From Chiloscyllium plagiosum (Eukaryota), in NCBI RefSeq assembly GCF_004010195.1, contig NC_057734.1:13755741-13819740 (forward strand): a stretch of DNA of 64,000 nucleotides. The letters run 5' to 3'. The translations under genes were made by a program, and so were the position numbers. The notes below the pieces were generated by a model. The model saw only the letters and a program-made list of their open reading frames with translations. It did not search any database and was not told the origin of the DNA. Below are positions 24,601 to 36,295 of this stretch, one piece after another. Position 1 is the stretch's first letter, and every line of letters starts with the position of its first letter.

Positions 24601-27600
24601 TCCAACCCTGGCAATATCCTTGTAAATTCAAAGTTTGTGAGAAGATTTGTAGCTCGGGTGCTCGTTGTTGTGGTTCTGTTCGCCGAGCTGGAAATTTGTG
24701 TTGCAGACGTTTCGTCCCCTGTCTTGGTGACATCCTCCGTGCTTGGGAGCCTCCTGTGAAGCATTTCTGTGATGTTTCCTCCGGCATTTATAGTGGTTTG
24801 TCTCTGCCGCTTCCGGTTGTCAGTTCGAGCTGTCCGTTGCAGTGCTCGGTATATTGGGTCCAGGTCGATGGTCTAGGTCGATGAGCTTATTGATTGAATC
24901 TGTGAATGAGTGCCATGCCTCTAGGAATTCCCTGGCTGTTCTCTATTTGGCTTGTCCTATAATAGTAATGTTGTCCCAGTCGAACTCATGTTGCTTGTCA
25001 TCTGCGTGTGTGGCTACTAAGGATAGTTTGTCATGTCGTTTCGTGGCTAATGGAGAATTCACCACAAAGGTATACAGGAAAGCCACACACACAGACCAAG
25101 TCCTGAACTGCGAAAGCAACCACCCCAACATACACAAAAGAAGTTGCATCAAGACACTGTTCAAAAGGGCCACACCACACTGCAGTACACCAGAACTGCA
25201 AAAAGAGGAAGAAGAACACCTCTACAATGTATTTGCCAAAAACGGATACCCGCGCAATTGCATCAACAGATGCCTAAGGGAAAGACGACGGAACAAGGAC
25301 ATGCCGCAACCCAAAGGACTAGCCACTCTACCATACATCAAGAGCATTTCCGAACTGACAGCCAGACTACTGCGACCACTAGAACTCATAGCACAGCCAG
25401 ACTACTGCGACCACTAGAACTCATAGCACACAAACCAACAGCCACTCTCAGACAACAACTCATCAGAACGAAGGACCTGATACCCAGCATGAGCAAAACC
25501 AATGTAGTGTACAAAATCCCATGCAAGGACTGCACAAAACACTACATAGGACAAACAGGAAGACAGCTACTTATCCACATCCATGAACACCAACTAGCCA
25601 CAAAACGACACGACCAGCTATCCTTAATAGCCACACACTCAGATGACAAGCAACATGAGTTCGACTGGGACAACACTACTATTATAGGACAAGCCAAACA
25701 GACAACAGCCAGGGAATTCCTAAAGGCATGGCACTCATCCACAGATTCAATCAATAAGCACATCGACCTGGACCCAATATACCGAGCACTGCAACGGACA
25801 GCTGGAACTGACAACCGGAAGCGGCAGATACAAACCACTATAAATGCCGGAGGAAACATCACAGAAGCGCTTCACAGGAGGCTCCCAAGCACCGAGGATG
25901 TCACCTAGACAGGGGACGAAACGTCTGCAACACACATTCCCAGCTTGGCGAACAGAACCACAACAATCCTTGTAAATCTTTGCTGAACCTTTTCAAGTTT
26001 AACACGTCTTTCCGATAGGGAGGACACCAGGATTGCAAGCAATATTCCAACAGTGGCCTAACCAACATCCTGTACAGCTGCAACCTGAACTCCCAACTCC
26101 TGTACTCGACACTCTGACCAATAAAGGAAAGCCGCTTTCACTATCCTATCTACTTGCAACTCCACTTTCAAGGAGCTATGAACCTGCTCTCCAAGGTCTC
26201 TTTGTTCAGCAACACTCCCTCTGACATTATCATTAAGTGTATAAGTCCTGCTAAGATTTGCTTTCCCAAAATACAGCACCTCACATTTATCTAAATTAAA
26301 CTCCATCTGCCACTTCTCAGCCTCTTCTTGTTTATCTCCCTCTTCCATCACCCCAACAAAAAGAGAGAATTTTCAAATTTGATGCTATTCAATGTCTGTA
26401 TAAATTTGCACCAACACATTTTGAAAAACTGAAGTCCTTTCCTAGCATACTGGCTTACCTTCAGCAGCTCCAACCGTCTTGTGTATAACATCCGTGTTTT
26501 GTGGTGAGGTAAATTAATTTTCTTTTTTTTAATCCCTTTTACAGCTGCAATCAGTGCTGATTAGTTTTAACATGATACAGATTACTGGGATTTTGTAACT
26601 ACGATATAATTGCATATTGATATGATGTAAAGTGTTGAATTGAATAACTGAGTCTGCCCAAAATAACTGGTGCACTTAAGGTGGTATTTGTGTACTTTTG
26701 TAATTGCCATCTTTAAAAAAGGCAAAGCCTATAATAATAAAGATGATATAAATGATAGAAACTGTATGTACTGACTGCTAACAGTTTTTTTTCTTACAAT
26801 TAATACTGCACCCTTATTTAATACTACACTTTTAAATGATGTACTCTTTGGGATTTTTTGTGATCTCAGCCATCACTCTAACATTCTGTTTTGCTTTGTG
26901 CCATGTGGTATCTTGTTTGGTAAACCTCATCCTTGTTGATAACATTTTTTTCATTTTTGTCTTTTGTTTCTGTCAGATACCTTCCCTCCTGTAACTTAGA
27001 AAATATCACTGATGCATTATTGTATCAAAATACACTAGCAAAAATTTCAGAGAAGACGCCTTCACAAAGTCACACTTCTGCTCAGTGCTACAAGGCACAG
27101 GATAAATCTGAACATAAATTTCCCATTGTGCTATCAAAGGTAAGAGTTAGTTATAAAAACATATACCTTCCTCTATTTTGGTTAATACCACTTTGCTAAA
27201 ATCTGTTATAATATACACATGTACATTTTTTTGTATGTAAATCAATCACTTCTTTCCAAAATGACTCATCTATCAAATTTCTGATTCGTCATGACAATAG
27301 AACAAAGTATAATCTAGCAACTGGTTCTTGCTGATAGAGAGAGTGGAGGGGAAATCTGAAATTTAAGTCTACTACAGAACTTTCTATGAACTAAGATCCA
27401 TGAACCAGGTCAGAAAATGACGTAGGTCTCAAGAAACTAATGGATAAAACTCTTTTTAAACAGGCATGTATTTATTGTAAGTGATCTTGAAATAATGTCT
27501 CAATGTATTGTACTATATTAATTTATCCATGTATAGATATTTAGTGAAAATGTCTTAGATTATTAGCTGAGAGTTACGGTACAATCAGTAAGTTTTCAGG

Positions 27601-29419
27601 GTGTCCGAGAAAGTTGGGCACTTTTCTAGCTATCACATACAGATGTAGAGGTCCCAGGCATCAGTGGGCTAATATGGCTTGCTGAATATTTCAAAGTAAT
27701 CTTGACTTGACCTCTGCCTCAACTTAATTTCGCAAGATGCTCCTGTAATCTGCAAGCCATCATTTACATATGGCACATCTGGAATGCCCAACTGAAGAAA
27801 TCAAAGTCAGGATGAAGATATGCCCTGTGTTTTTGGGCCTTGTGATGCTTTCCTTTGATGCCCTTGTAAGGGATGTGTAAAGGACATTCCCTCAAAAGAC
27901 CACCTGGGAAATTTGGGGTTAGACTAAATCCCAGCCTAATTATCATCTGTCTGGTATACTGCCAGCAACTTGTGGAATTTCATCAGAATCAATGTTGATT
28001 GTTGAGTCAATGTTTACTCATGGCTATGTTTCCAGTTTTGAATGTAAAGGCATTCAAACATTAAATTTGGTAGATCATATCAAATGTATTTCAGATATAT
28101 TTTAATTATTTCAGGTGTCAGGGCTTTTGAAAGTGACACTTTCATTATTAAACTACTTTTGCCATTCTTTCCCTCTTTCCTGTTGAATGGTGATTATTCA
28201 TGTTGAGGTACTTGCCCAATTACTAGCTGCCCTCCAGAGTCTTACCCAGTTGACCACTCTCATAAATTACAATGGAAATGCATCCATCCCCTTTCAAACC
28301 CAGGGGCATTAAAACAAATTGTATCACTGCAATGATTTTAGCTGAGGCTGCAATCTTCTACTCTGTATGATTTACTTCTAAACTGGCTGATTCCTTTGTT
28401 CTTCAAGGAGTGGAGACTGATTAATTCACTTTGCCATTTATATTTTAAGTGATTTTTCTTTTCTCTCTGTAGGAAGACCGTATTCTTTGCAGTCAGCACT
28501 TACTGAAGTCCAGTTTCATTTTGCTTCTGCTGGCTCTTGTTATCTTCTGTTTATGTGTAGCATGTGGCATGAGAAAGAAAAAGAGGAACAAAACAGTGAA
28601 CCTACGCAAGGTAACTAGACTCATTTGATAAAACTTAAGCCTTTGTCACTAAAGTAGATGTTATTAGTTTACGACTTCATGCAAGATATTCATCATCTGT
28701 GGTGTGGATATAATTGGGAAGAAATTAAGAATTTTTTTTTGTTCAGAATGAGGATTGCAGTAGTAGAGGTGAGTGTTATGTTGGCAAAACGAACTTGGAC
28801 TTCAGTGAACACCCGAGAAATAGCAGCGTCTTGACGGAGCTGAGCATGGAGACTAGGAAGTTTCCGTGTTAAATTGTGTTAATTTGGAAAATGTGAGCAG
28901 CAATAGGATCATTGAACCAGCATTTAAAATGGAACAGAACGGAACATGGTGTTTTGTAAATTTTCAGTCAGTTTTGGTTTTTGGGTATCCTGAGTTTTCT
29001 TTCTTGCAAATCTATGATCTTTGGAGTGAGTAAGAATGATTCACCAATAAATAAGCAGACTTTAATTAGAAAAGAGATTCCTTAGATCCAATTATTTTAA
29101 CGCTTTTCATGCATTTCACAAATCTCGCAACTGTTTTAGTCAGTATGTTGGAAATATGAGGAAAAGTAAATGAGTAGGGGCTTTACACTCAATTGCAATC
29201 CTTTGTCCATGCTGAATATGCAGATGGAAGAGGTTAGCATTGCCTTTATGTGTGCAGGTTTTAAAATGAAGAATGTCTGCAATTGACGGGTGACACAACT
29301 ATTCGAACTACATTCCTGATGATTTGCTGTATTTGGGAGAGGGAGAAAATATGCAAGATGTTCAAAGTATTTACAACGTTTCTTTGTTTTTGTTCTAGGC
29401 TCATCTTCTAGAAATGTGA
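18521..29419 (+). CDS. TMEM248-like: TMEM248/TMEM219 (IGFBP-3 receptor)-family two-pass membrane protein, 313 aa; join(18521..18679,20983..21295,21873..22020,26977..27139,28473..28610,29399..29419)
   Basis: All introns are GT-AG with compatible phases (0,1,2,0,0); 942 nt = 313 aa + TGA. The N-terminus MVTWHLLENVKYFVLQRPPMILFILSISSLGIAFFSLG resembles TMEM248 (LENLK..RPPLVVF..IAF.TLG). Other matching blocks: WNT.L...L.FC..ENE, TCITISA, EDR..C..HL, second TM, and a 6-aa last exon as in TMEM248. Confidence 0.9.
18965..19995 (+). mobile_element. LF-SINE-like ancient SINE split by nested SINEs
   Basis: CCCTGGTCTGTG..TTAG..CATCT.AGC..TACAATTGGCCTC at the left; TGCTATCCAGTG..TGAGGACAGGATTGG..ACATGAAG at the right; Deu-type SINEs between (recalled consensus). 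Confidence 0.5.
20139..20372 (-). mobile_element. HE1-type V-SINE with internal deletion
   Basis: (TTAGA)n tail and head intact; the central segment present in the 40766 copy is missing. Confidence 0.85.
20983..21295 (+). CDS. TMEM248-like coding exon 2 (AWNTVLLSLSKLEFCLPENES...GNLLGLE)
   Basis: T-rich tract + TAG acceptor, 313-nt open frame, donor G|GTAAGT; absent from the ORF track because it has no start codon. Confidence 0.9.
21873..22020 (+). CDS. TMEM248-like coding exon 3 (DSKAKEVINIML...FTCITISAPAHVLPQAR)
   Basis: TTTCTGTTTCAG acceptor, 148 nt, donor AG|GTCAGT; phase 1 in, phase 2 out. Confidence 0.9.
23075..23790 (-). mobile_element. CR1 LINE 3' fragment
   Basis: ILKGL.RV.AERM.PL.G.SRTRGHSLRI...RNFFSQRV..LWNS. 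Confidence 0.85.
24160..26325 (-). mobile_element. CR1 (HER1-like) LINE 3' portion interrupted by the PLE at 24628-25965
   Basis: ORFs 24235-24597, 25901-26083 and 26058-26351 encode CR1 C-terminal motifs (RPLLEYC, AEKWQMEFN..KCEV). Confidence 0.9.
24628..25965 (+). mobile_element. Penelope-like element (Poseidon-type), 5'-truncated, with inverted 3' arm; RT thumb + GIY-YIG remnant
   Basis: VYRKATHTDQVL..SNHP..HKRSCIKTLFKRA and NVVYKIPCKDC.KHYIGQTGR...RE..AWHS motifs; inverted arms ~24665-25049 and 25595-25965; TSD ATCCTTGTAAAT at 24616-24627 and 25966-25977; 35-bp tandem duplication at 25358-25427 frameshifts the ORF. Confidence 0.9.
26977..27139 (+). CDS. TMEM248-like coding exon 4 (YLPSCNLENITDALLY...QCYKAQ...IVLSK)
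   Basis: Long pyrimidine tract + CAG, 163 nt, donor AAG|GTAAGA. Confidence 0.9.
28473..28610 (+). CDS. TMEM248-like coding exon 5 (EDRILCSQHLL; TM2; basic tail RKKKRNK)
   Basis: TTTTCTCTCTGTAG acceptor, 46 codons, donor AAG|GTAACT. Confidence 0.9.
29399..29419 (+). CDS. TMEM248-like terminal coding exon (AHLLEM*)
   Basis: TTTGTTTTTGTTCTAG acceptor, then GCT CAT CTT CTA GAA ATG TGA; same 6-aa length as the TMEM248 last coding exon. Confidence 0.75.
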   Translation, partial: AHLLEM

Positions 29420-31435
29420 TGTAGTCCAACTTCTCATTTGTTGAGAGTAAAAATGTATGGATTACTTTGGAAGATGGGAATATCTCTAACTTAATACCGT
29501 TGCAAGTTTTCCAAAAGGAAGTTACCAAAGGACCACATTAAATTTGTGCTGTTCTCCTTAAAACAGTTTTTTTGAAACCAATAGGATTTGCCTTTAATAC
29601 AATTTCATTGGTTGTGATTGTGCTGGTTGTAATACTACATTAAACGTTTGAATTGTGTACAATCTATCTAATCCCCTCTCCTTTTCCCCACAATTCAAAA
29701 GTGTCTTAAAATTTAAAGATTTTGATTTAAACTAGATTGTAATAACTTATTTATAAAATGTTTTGAAAACTGAGATTCTGCTACTTTGTGTTTACATTTC
29801 ATTAAATATTTACTGTCATTACAATGATTGTTAATTTGTTAATATGCCCTATATGTTTTGAATGTTGTTAAGCCATTGTCATGAAGGAACACAAGTGTTT
29901 AATGTCTTGATGGTATGTTTTGTAAATTCTGTTCAAAGTTTCAGATGGGATTATTATCCACATTGTGTGCATGCCATGTGTGTGAAGATTTGTAGACTCT
30001 TTGTCTCCATGTTGCACCTCTTGTGAATTTCCTAGTGTCCTTTCAGAATTGTCATGGTCTTGGACAGGAAACTGTGAAGGTGTTTTTTAAAAAAAATGCA
30101 TGTATGTCCTAATGGTCAAATAATCCCAATGTATTTGAATGAGATTTCTAAAATGTGCAAAAACCCAGCAGTTAACAATGGCATGTGCACACCAAATTTA
30201 TCGATACAGTAAGGATCTTTTTAAAAGCAAAATGCTTTTGTTTGTTTTGCTCTGACATCATCAAATTTCAGGATTTTTGTAAAGGTACCTAATCAGTTTC
30301 AAAACACACTGATTATTTGAAGTTGGACACATTAAGCCACTGTTGAGACATAGTGCGACCCTTTCTTCTTGTAACAAATTTGTGGTGGTAGTTTTGTATT
30401 TTTATGTTTGTATTTGTTTGAACTGATAAAAGAAATTTCAGATAATCGCTAAGATCTGATTGTAGATGTGAATTTGCACCTTGTCAGTTCTTTTCTTTCA
30501 CCACATTAACGTGTATATCTTCATTCTTTAACATTTTTGCCTCCTACTTTATAATGTTTCGTTGCCCCTAAATGCTACAAGTCATGGTTAATATTCTTGG
30601 CATAAATGTGTGGATTCTGATGTAATTGTATAGCATTGAAACTACATAGATATTAGGGTTCAGTTTGTGTACTTGTTCTAAAGGTTAATGGTCAACAAAA
30701 GTAAATCTTATTAAGGAAGGGAAATTACAGGCTAATATTGAAGTTGATTTGTTTCTAAAAGGCATGTGATAACCAAGAACTCAATGGAAGAACCTCTGAT
30801 AATTGAGGACTGTAAAAGTTCAGAAATAAAGGCTTTTAATCCTTAAGAATGCTATTGATGAATCGGCTATAGGTACATCAATGAAAGCCTTATCAAAAGC
30901 ACTTACCATTTAATCAAAATATTGTTTAGCTTCAGAATAAAGTGCTGATTGTCTTCTGAAATTATTCTTTCAGCCAGTAAATATTTTTACCTCCCAAATT
31001 GGCAGTGGGAAAAAAAATACAATTGGAGAGACAACAAAGGTTGCCACAAACAGAATTTATTTGTGTTACATTTTTAATAATCTTTTATAAAGGTTTAAGA
31101 ATATCTTATTCTGATATCTGGATGTATTTGTGACTATACTAGGGTTTATTTTGATTCACTACTGAAAATTGAAAGGGCTCATTTTGGGATATGTGGGATT
31201 GGATGTTTCTTCTTATAACTGGCTTTAAAATTTTGGTGAGCAGTTAATGCTGTTTCATGTCTAGTCTTAGAATCTAACTCTTTAAGCATATCTTAAAGAC
31301 AATATATTCTAGCAGTTTAGTGGAATTGTGTGTATTTTTTTAAAAAGTGAACCAGTAATAATTATATACTGAGGATTACAATGGTTCTTACTTTATTTTC
31401 TCTGAACAATAAATGATGTGGTCTTTGAAATGAGA
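29420..31435 (+). other. Probable ~2-kb 3' UTR of the TMEM248-like gene
   Basis: AT-rich with no recognisable repeats; AATAAA at 30825, 30936 and 31408, the last followed by a GT/T-rich tract; LINE debris resumes at ~31650. Confidence 0.5.
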
Positions 31436-31649
31436 CTTGCTCTTCTCTCTTTCTATGGTTTTATTGGAACATAGACATCTTCTGACAAAGAGCTCTTCAA
31501 ATTTTTGTTAGCAGTGCATTTAAACAAATCACCAGATATTGTGCTAAAATATTGTGTTCACTATTTTCTTTTTAATGAAGGAATGTACCTAATCTTTATA
31601 AGACTCTATATAATGCTGAATGCAGTGACCAAAATATTAAATCACTGTC

Positions 31650-33735
31650 TGAAGGTTTGATCCACAGTTTGAGAAGAATTGGGTTAATTTGCCAGAAGAG
31701 GTCAATGTGCTGTTGTTAGCCTTGGAGGACCTACACTGGAAGACGTAAGCAGGTACACAGCAAGTAATTAGATAAGCTTATATAATAATAATGTTTATTG
31801 CGAGGGGAATTAAAGACAAAAGTTATGGGTCAGTTACACAAGGCACACTGGTTGGACCATATCTGGAGTACTATGTACCTTAGTGGTGTCCTTAATTAAG
31901 GAGTAGTGAAAATACATTGGAATCGGTTCAGAGCAGGTTTACAAAGTTAATACCTGAAATTGGCAAGTTGTCACAGAAGGAAAGGTTGGGCAGCCTAAGC
32001 TGTTTGTTGTTGAGGTAGAGTCTAGAACTAGGGGTTACCATTTAAAAGGAAAGGGTCACTCAGTTAAGACACATGGGAATTTCTTTTCCCCAAGAGTGTG
32101 TGCATTTTCAAAATTCTCATCCTGTAATAGCAATGGAAGTCAAATCTTTCAGTATTTTTAAGGTAGAGGTGAATAAATTATTGATAAACCAGACAGTGAG
32201 ATTGAAATTAGATCAGCCTTGGTCTTGTTAAACGGTGAGGACAGCATTGAATAACAAAATGGCCTACTCCTGCTCCAAATTGGTATGTTTATGTTCATTA
32301 CTAAGAAGAACACAAGAATAGACCGTTCAGCTCATTGAGTCTGCCCCACCATTTAATGTGATCATGACTGATCAAAGTTTCAATGCTTTTTACTCACCCT
32401 ATCCCCATAACTCTGTACTCTACTGGTAATCAGAAATTTATCAGTTGCTACCTTAACCATTCTCAAGACTGACTCTCCAAAGCTGACTGAGTCTCCACAG
32501 CCCACTGTGGTAGCGAAGATTCATAACTGAGTGTAATTTGTTTTTCATCTGAAGTGTCCCCCCCTTTATTTTTAATTTGTACCCCCTGGTTCTAGTCACT
32601 TGCACTGGGGAAACATCTTACCTGTCTATCCCTTTAAGTATTTTGTAAGTTTCAATGAGATCATCTCTTATTCTTTGAACCACTAGGAAACATCGGCTCG
32701 GCTTGCAAAACCTGTCATCTTAGGACTCTCCAGCCATCCCAGGAACAAGTCTGGCGAACCTTTGTTGCACTCCCTCTATGGCAATTATATCTTGAGGTAA
32801 GGAGACCAAAGTACACACTGTACTCTAGGTGCAGTCTAATTGAGCTCTTGCAATTAAAACAAGACTTTTCACTATTCCTGTAGTCAAATCCTCTTGCAAT
32901 ATAAACTAACCTTCCAATAGACTTCCTAATAACCTAATGCACCCCACTTTTAGCTTTCAGTAACTTAGTGATACGTAGGCCCTTTTGTACATCTATACTT
33001 ATTAGATTATTACCACTTAAGAAATATTCTACATGTGTTTCTCCTACCAAAGTGGATAATCTCACATTTTTCCACATTATATACTATCTGCCATGTTGTT
33101 GTCCATTCACTAAGCCTGTCCAAATCTTCCTGAAATCACTTTATGCCATCCTCTCAGCACACATTCCTATTTAGCTCTGCATCATCTGCAAATCAATCAT
33201 TCACATAACTTGGGACCCAGCTGCTCACAATATATGATCCTTGTGGTACCGGCCTAGTCACAGCCTGCCAACACGAGAATTACCCATTTAGTCCTACTCT
33301 CTATTTCCTGTGTTAGTCAATCCATACTCCATACTAGTACACTGTCTCCTAACCCAAGTGCTTTAATTTTCCTAACTGGTCTCCTGTGTGGGACTTTATC
33401 AATCCTTCTAAATGTCTGAGTCTGCTTCCATTCATTGGCCCTCCTTTATCAATTTTATTAGGAGCATCCCTAAAAGTAAACTACACCAAGTTCATCAAAC
33501 ATGATTTCTCATTTGCAAATTGATGGTGACTTTGCCCATCAGATCATTATCAATCAGGTGTCAATTTATCTCATCTTTTATAATAATTCTAGCATTTTTC
33601 CTATTACTGTATAAGACTAACTGGTCTGTAGTTCCTTTTTTTCCTTTCTTGCTCCCTTAAATAGTGGACTGACATTTACTACCTTCTCATCCACAGGAAT
33701 CATTCCGAATCCATAGAATTTTGAAGATTGTCCCT
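31650..33735. mobile_element. Two old CR1 fragments (+ ~31650-32300; - ~32310-33735)
   Basis: Degenerate HLEY..W.P motifs and CR1 3' UTR sequence. Confidence 0.6.
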
Positions 33736-33854
33736 AATATTAACTATCTGAATTAATTTTGATGTTCTAGAAAGAAGGCCATGAACTTTGAGGCTCATCA
33801 ATTTCATTCAACTCCTCATTCTCCCTAGCTAATTGGACCTCTACTTCAAGAAGA

Positions 33855-35285
33855 TTTAGAACGTAGAACATTACAACGCAGTACAGGCCCTTCGGCCCTT
33901 GATGTTACACCAACCTATGGAACTAATCTGAAGCCTATCTACCCTACACTATTCCATTTTCATTCATGTGTTTATCCAATGACCATTTAAATGCCCTGAA
34001 AGTTGGTGAGTCTCCTGCTGTTGCAGGCAGTACATTCCCCGCCCTTACTACGATGAGTAAAGAAACTACCTCTGACATCTGTCCTATATCCAACACCCCT
34101 CAATTTATAACTATGTCCCCTCATGCTAGCCATCACCATCTGAGGAAAAAGGCTCTACTGTTCACCGTATCTAACCCTCTGATTATCTAATATATCTCAA
34201 TTAAATAACCTCTCAACTTTCTTCTCTCGGTAACAAAACCAACCTCAAGTCCCTCAGCCTTTCCTCATAAGACCTTCTCTCCATACCAGGTAACACCCTA
34301 GTAAACCTCTTCTGAATCCTTTCCAAAGCTTCCACATCCTTTGTATAATGCGGTGACCAGAACTGTACGCAATACTCCAAGTGCAGCTGCACCAGAGTTT
34401 TGTACAGCTGCAGCATGACCTCGTGGCTCTGAAACTCAATCCCTCTACCAATAAAAGCTAACACACCGTATGCCTTCTTAACAATCCTATCAATCTGGGT
34501 GGCAACTTTCACGGATGTATGTACATGGACATCGAGATCTCTCTGCTCATCTACACTACCAAGGATCTTATTAGCCTAGTATTCTTTATTCCTGTTACTC
34601 CTTCCAAAGTGAATCACCTCACACTTTTCCACATTAAACTCCATTCGCTACCTCTCAGCCCAGCTTTGCAGCTTATCTATGTCCCTTTTATAACCTGCAA
34701 CATCCTTCAGCACTATCCACAACTCCACCGACCTTGATGTCATCCGCAAATTTACTAACCCATCCTTCTACTCTCTCATGCAGATTATTTATAAAAATGA
34801 CAAACAGCTGTGGCCCCAAAATAGCTCCTTGCAGTACACCACTAGTAACTGAACTCCAGGATGAACAATTTCCATCAATCACCACCCTCTGTCGTCTTTC
34901 AGCTAGCCAATTTCTGATCCAAACTGCTAAATCACCCTCAGTCCCATGCTTCCATATTTTGTGGAATAGCCTATCATGGGGAATCTTATCAAACACCTTA
35001 CTGAAATCCATATATACCACATCAACCTCTTTACCCTCGTCCACCTGTTTGGTCACCATCTCAAAGAACTCAGTAAGGTTTGAGGCATGACCAACCCTTC
35101 ACAAAACCATGTTGATTATCCCTAATCAACTTATTCCTCCCTAGATGGTAAATCCTATCTCATAACCTTTCCAAAACTTTACCCACAACTGAAGTAAGGC
35201 TCACTGGTCTATAAATACTCTCCTCCTTGAACAAGGGGGCAACATTTGCTATCCTCCAGTCTTCTGGCACTATTCCTATAGACAA
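33855..35285 (-). mobile_element. CR1 LINE RT-to-3' end fragment
   Basis: VDVVYMDFSKVFDKIPH..SVTSGV.QG.ILGP.LF.IFIN..SKFADD; HLEYCVQFWSPHY. Confidence 0.92.
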
Positions 35286-35507
35286 TTTGAGATTTTGCTC
35301 AGTGAAAACAGACACAAAAATAATCTCTGCCGTTTCTCTATTCCCATTCTAAGACCATAAGAAATAGGAACCAGAGAAGGCTAATTGGTCTTTTGATGCT
35401 GCTCCACCATTCAATTGATCATGGCTGTTTCAACATTCCTCACATCTAACTTTCCAGAATTTTCCCTGTAGCCCTTGATTTCCCTGAGTGATTAAGAATC
35501 TATTTCA

Positions 35508-36295
35508 AAAAAACAACTGTGGATGCTAGAAATCAGAAACAACATAAATCGCTGGAAGAACTCAGTAGGTCTGGCAGCATCTGTGGAGAAAAAGTAGAGT
35601 TAATGTTTCAAGTCCAGTAGCCCTACTTCAGTTCTGAAGATCTTATCCAGGGCCCAAACATACCTTCCAGGTGAAGCAGTGCTTTACCTACACTTCACTC
35701 AATTTAGTCTACTGCATTTGCTGCTCATAATGTGGGCATCCGCATATTGGGGAAATGAAACATAGACTGGGTGATCACATTGCAGAAGACCTACATTCTA
35801 TCTGCCAAAAAAACCCTGTGCATCCAGTTGCTGCCACTTCAACACACCATCTCATTCCTTGGCTGATATCTCTGACTCAGACTTTTACAGTGGAAGAACA
35901 GCATCTCATTTTCTGCTGAGGAACTCTACAGTCTTTTGGACTCCAATATCAAATTTGATAATTTTAGGATTTGAGGCATCTTCTCCCATGTCATTACCTC
36001 AGCATGGTTTACTATTGCACACAACCCACTGTTATCCACTAATAGTCGCCATTAGTAGCTATTCATTCTACTAGGCAGACTATTATCCACTCCTTTCTGT
36101 CCAACTACCTGTATTCTGTCTCTTTGGGCTCTATTCCCACCTCTCATTTACTCCTTACCCCCTCTTCACTGCTCTAACTTCCTAGCTATCATCCTTTCTG
36201 AAGAAAGGTCACTGAATCTGAAACATTAAATCTGATTTCCAGAAATTTCTGTGTTGTTTCTGATTTCCAGCATCTACAGTTCTTTTGTTTTTTAA
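35508..36295 (+). mobile_element. Old Neptune-type PLE remnant with inverted ends
   Basis: Degenerate F.VKQ.FT.TS.NLVYCI.CS.CG..HIGE.K.RLGD GIY-YIG region; terminal CTGAAGA..GAAAC motif and CCAGCATCT tail. Confidence 0.7.
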
